DNA of 64,000 bases from Kofleriaceae bacterium (GTDB lineage: Bacteria > Myxococcota_A > Polyangia > Haliangiales > Haliangiaceae): positions 1-64,000 of the forward strand of contig JBKJLC010000178.1 of the NCBI GenBank assembly GCA_046597055.1, in the 5' to 3' direction. This document shows positions 61,401-64,000 of this stretch, in pieces; the first letter of the stretch is position 1; every line of letters begins with the position of its first letter. Both the position numbers and the translations under genes were made by a program. Below the pieces are notes generated by a model that was not told where the DNA came from, searched no databases, and saw only the letters and a program-made list of their open reading frames with translations.

Positions 61401-61573
61401 CGAAGTCGGTCGAGATCGCGTTCTGCAACGGCAAGCTCAGCTACTTCCCGGGCGGCCAGTGCAGCTCGGTGTGGCTCGACACCAACAAGCCGCGCTCGCT
61501 CGACATGGAGATCAAGATCCTCGCCAACGGACATTACGTCCTGAAGCAGGTCCGCGAGTTCCACGGCCGCTGA
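58421..61573 (+). CDS. Lipoprotein with three PPC-like domains and a PEP/pyruvate-binding (PPDK_N-type) domain
   Basis: AGGAG RBS; lipobox LSGC; three G(T/N)GD(A/V)DLYV(K/R)RG repeats; LGGKSTGL and FRSSATSED...AGLYDS motifs. Confidence 0.85.
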   Translation: MSRPPLRSVFRSIPALLLVGVTTLSGCLTDPDDAELATSEQALTTTQLFASTALVKGASKPGTYTAVETGTLTFKTAGTGDADLYVKRGTGASTTSFTCKSDGATAVEQCVITVTVGEQISYSVHAYAASTVSLTVISEGTAVPPDTTTTTVLVPSGALAATSRKTGIFTAPAAGELVFSATGNGDVDLYVKRGSVVTTTSSDCKSEGSTAVETCRVTVTAGQQVAWLLYAYSASTATLSVTAPRSATTVPPVTTVLIPSGAFTQGQQKTGVHTVVAAGSIVFKSTGTGDVDLYVRRGSAPTTTVADCKSESGTSTETCTLTAVAGERLHYLLHGYATSTATLSVTGPGASTPDGLVTLSTPTMPTVAAYDQFSVPGGTLSTSGRSLKFLIDNRTPAARTTQFMNGNYRVNGVVPDYAKYHFDFAKRVHGITDTGATFNQTTYFSQTKRFFAGTLQTYYLGEATTPVYAVQFYPDDVIAEETLLDALTTIKPLVTIPGAKLVFIATGPQQTFARIGTQAAALGIDLFTIDQVLGNIKYVGLNTGEAWGYLRIFPADPSLLRATDIPVFDELPLDLTVVAGVMTRAYQDINSHINLKSKERGTPNMVLRDASLTHPRLAPWANLPIHLTITSEGFTIEATTDAVVAAKLAERLNKPWIPLPVVDETRLLSFDDICPTLNTSCLAWSDRLGGKSTGLSFLANRQAVGRVGLVGSLSARFGYDISPKGFAIPVKYYRDFVNAPENALLKSKIDAFVVAEKSGALSPADRNALVLEIQNLFYKGRMSATALADISSRVTTLMPGVPKFKFRSSATSEDIENFNGAGLYDSFSMELEKVDNPDFSCALNPEFTNGVLTNLKIKPKTVQCAVKAVYASLWNPRAVDERTFARLDHATAGMGIAVNPSYDTEDVVAANAVLITRVVGSDIYGYTLSVQKDNNLVTNPTPGSISELDVVAFSDFTRPPRFTTTRYAKPLAELPTLTTTVLTERQMIDLVDIAKSVEIAFCNGKLSYFPGGQCSSVWLDTNKPRSLDMEIKILANGHYVLKQVREFHGR

Positions 61574-61628
61574 TGGAAGCTCGGCCTGCGAGGCCCGCAC
61601 CGGGACCGCCCGGCGCCCTGACCTGATC

Positions 61629-61658
61629 GACGACCCGGCCCGGCCTGGCCGGGTCGTC
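61629..61658. terminator. 12-bp hairpin between convergent genes
   Basis: GACGACCCGGCC-CGGCCT-GGCCGGGTCGTC; no clear U-tract. Confidence 0.5.
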
Positions 61659-61695
61659 CTGGGTTTCGGGCTCGTTGCGACGATCGGGCGGGCGG

Positions 61696-63153
61696 TCAGT
61701 CGCAGAGGCTGGTGCTGAGCGGCTCGACGCCTGCGAGCGTGACCGCCTGGGCCTCGACCTTGCCCGGCTTCACCGTGAGGACCGGGGCGTCGAAGCTGCG
61801 GTTGGCGCGCTGCAGCCGCACCACCGGCGGGCCTCCGTACGACGAGCCGAGGACGTCGAGCCTGCGATCGCCGTCGAGATCCGCGATGGCGACGCCGAAC
61901 ACACCGACCGGTGGCTGCGGGTCGGGCGACGCCGCGAGCGTCACCAGCGGCTCGAACCCGCCGGAGGTCGAACCGGGAGCCCACAGCATGTCCATGTGGC
62001 GGCCCACCACGACGTCGAGGGCTCCGTTGCCGTCGAGATCACCCCAGGTGAGGCCGCGGGCGGCGTTGAAGCCGAGGGACGGGCCGGCGGACAGGCTGAG
62101 GGTCCCCGCGCGATAGACCTGGCCGCCGACGGTGACCAGCCGATCGAAGGTGGCGACGAAGCCACCGTCGGAGGTCGCCGGTCCGTCGGTCGCGAGCCAC
62201 GCGTCGTCGGGTTGCCGATCGAAGAAGCGGAAGCGGCCGCGATGGAGCGCCACCACCTCGAGGTCGAGGTCGGCGTCGAGCTGCATCCACGCGACCGAGA
62301 CCGCCGGCCGGGGCGCGGTGATCTCGGCGCCGGTGATGAGCCAGGTCGGCTGGTAGGTCGCGGGCGGGCCCGGCTCGCGACGGAACACACGCAGGCCGGC
62401 GATCTCGTCGTACCAGAGCAGGTCGAGATCGCCGTCGTGGTCGGCGTCGCCCCAGGCCACCCGGCTGCCCCACGCCCACGCGGTGGGGTCGTGCGGGGTC
62501 GGATCGACGACCTCCAGGCTGGGCGGGCTGGCGAGGTCGAGCACGCCGCCGGTCACCCCGTTGCCTTGCAGCACGCGCACGCCGCCGAGCGATCCGATCG
62601 CCAGGTCGACGTCGCCGTCACCCTCGACATCCGCCCAGGCCGCGCTGGCCGTGAACAGGTGGGTCGGCCCGAGCGCTGGCTGGCAGTGGACCGCGCGCGG
62701 GTTGGCCGGGTCGGGGCGGAACCGCAGCGTGTTCATCGTGTCCCAGCCCATGACCGACACGTCGGACGGGCACCGGCCCGGGCTGGTGGCGCCGGCCAGC
62801 GGCTCGCAGGTGCGGGCGGCGGCCTGCACACAGGGCTCGGCCCAGCCCAGCGTGCAACACGACGCGTCGGCGGCGCAGACCGCGTCGACGCAGGCGTCGC
62901 GTCCGAGCGGCATCGCCGGGCCGATCAAGCAGACCTCGCGCACGAACGGCGCGTCCGGACCATCCGGCGCGTCGGGTGGCGCTTCGGGCGCGTCCGGTGG
63001 GGGCGTGGGCGTCACGCACTGCTGGTCGCTGCAGCCCAGCCCGGGCGCGCAGTCGCTGTCGATGGCGCACACGTACGGAGACGGGTCCGGCAGGCACGCG
63101 ACCAGCGGCAAGGGGGTCAGGGCAAACGCAAGAGCTACGAAGGGTCGACGCAT
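61696..63153 (-). CDS. FG-GAP/VCBS repeat lipoprotein with Cys-rich N-terminus
   Basis: GGAGG RBS; lipobox LVAC; repeated DxDGDxDxD motifs. Confidence 0.85.
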   Translation of the reverse strand: MRRPFVALAFALTPLPLVACLPDPSPYVCAIDSDCAPGLGCSDQQCVTPTPPPDAPEAPPDAPDGPDAPFVREVCLIGPAMPLGRDACVDAVCAADASCCTLGWAEPCVQAAARTCEPLAGATSPGRCPSDVSVMGWDTMNTLRFRPDPANPRAVHCQPALGPTHLFTASAAWADVEGDGDVDLAIGSLGGVRVLQGNGVTGGVLDLASPPSLEVVDPTPHDPTAWAWGSRVAWGDADHDGDLDLLWYDEIAGLRVFRREPGPPATYQPTWLITGAEITAPRPAVSVAWMQLDADLDLEVVALHRGRFRFFDRQPDDAWLATDGPATSDGGFVATFDRLVTVGGQVYRAGTLSLSAGPSLGFNAARGLTWGDLDGNGALDVVVGRHMDMLWAPGSTSGGFEPLVTLAASPDPQPPVGVFGVAIADLDGDRRLDVLGSSYGGPPVVRLQRANRSFDAPVLTVKPGKVEAQAVTLAGVEPLSTSLCD

Positions 63154-63271
63154 CGGTCCGCCTCCAGCGGTGAGGCGAGTACGACACACCCGCGCCGCGG
63201 GCCGACTGGCAGAATCCGGCGTTGATGGCCGGCGGGTCGCGCGGGCGCCGGCGTCGTCGTCAGTCAAGGGC

Positions 63272-64000
63272 CTATTTGACGCCTGTCAGGCTGACCGCCT
63301 GCGCGCTGTACTTCCCGGTCACGGCGGTGAGGACCGGGGCCTCGAACGTGCCATCGGGTCGTCGAAGTCGCACCACCGATGCCTTGTCGCGCGCGGAGCC
63401 GAACACGTCGAGAGTGCCATTGCCGTCCAGGTCTGCGATCGCGACGCCGAACACGTTGATCGGGTTGGCCTCATCCGCCTGCACTGCGAGCCGCTCGACC
63501 GGCAGGAAGGTGGTGGCCCCGGCGCTGGGAAAGTAGCGCAGCTCTTCGTTCAGCCCGACGACCACGTCGAGGTGGTCGTCACGATTGATATCGCCGAAAG
63601 CCATGCCGCGTGCGCCGTCGATGGGTAGCGGGGTGCCGATGGCGCTGAGGCTCTCGATGCCCGCGTTCATGATCTGCCCGCGGACGGTGATCAGCCGATG
63701 GAAGGTGGCGACGAAGCCACCGTCGCTGACCACGGGGCCTTCGAGCTCCCGCCAGCTCGCCATGGGCGGCCGGTCGAAGAGGCGGAAGCGGCCGCCTCGG
63801 GTCGCCACCAGCTCGAGGTCGTCATCGCGATCGAGCTGCATCCACGCCGCCGACACCTGGACGTCGGCGGAGACCGCGGCCGGGATCAGCGTCTCCTGCA
63901 CGTAGCGCACCGGCGGTCCCGGTTCTCGCCGGAAGACGTGCAGCCCGAGCTGCTGGTCGTGCCAGAGCAGGTCGAGGTCATCGTCGCTGTCGGCATCCGC
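63272..64000 (-). CDS. FG-GAP repeat protein, paralogue of the downstream gene (5' end outside the window)
   Basis: Shared blocks AWMQLD.D.DLE, SDGGFVATF and VFGVAIADLDG. Confidence 0.85.
   Translation of the reverse strand, partial: ADADSDDDLDLLWHDQQLGLHVFRREPGPPVRYVQETLIPAAVSADVQVSAAWMQLDRDDDLELVATRGGRFRLFDRPPMASWRELEGPVVSDGGFVATFHRLITVRGQIMNAGIESLSAIGTPLPIDGARGMAFGDINRDDHLDVVVGLNEELRYFPSAGATTFLPVERLAVQADEANPINVFGVAIADLDGNGTLDVFGSARDKASVVRLRRPDGTFEAPVLTAVTGKYSAQAVSLTGVK

Overview
Very GC-rich bacterial DNA whose gene content points to a myxobacterium (Myxococcota; inference): Ser/Thr kinases, FHA proteins, a sigma54 enhancer-binding protein, cdnL, a MYXO-CTERM-like tail and many lipoproteins. 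About 45 real genes lie among many spurious shadow ORFs. They include pdxA, corA, an orphan clpX, a dksA-like gene, nadB, lhr plus a Fpg/Nei gene, a cdnL/carD-family gene and a partial complex I operon (nuoA-B-C-D-G-H-I). No rRNA, tRNA, CRISPR array or intact IS was seen. The most interesting signals are missed by the ORF track: (1) an AhpD/CMD-family gene with an in-frame TGA at the second Cys of its CxxC motif, followed by a SECIS-like hairpin (candidate CxxU selenoprotein), paired with a Cys-free CMD-like gene; (2) a candidate sigma54-driven ~83-nt sRNA downstream of nadB; (3) a free-standing 6S-like RNA after nuoI; (4) TAnnnT -10 boxes 5-9 nt before many start codons, suggesting widespread leaderless mRNAs; (5) a lipoprotein fusing three PPC domains to a PEP-synthase/PPDK-type ATP-binding domain; (6) a family of REP-like elements. 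All family assignments come from reading motifs, not from database searches.
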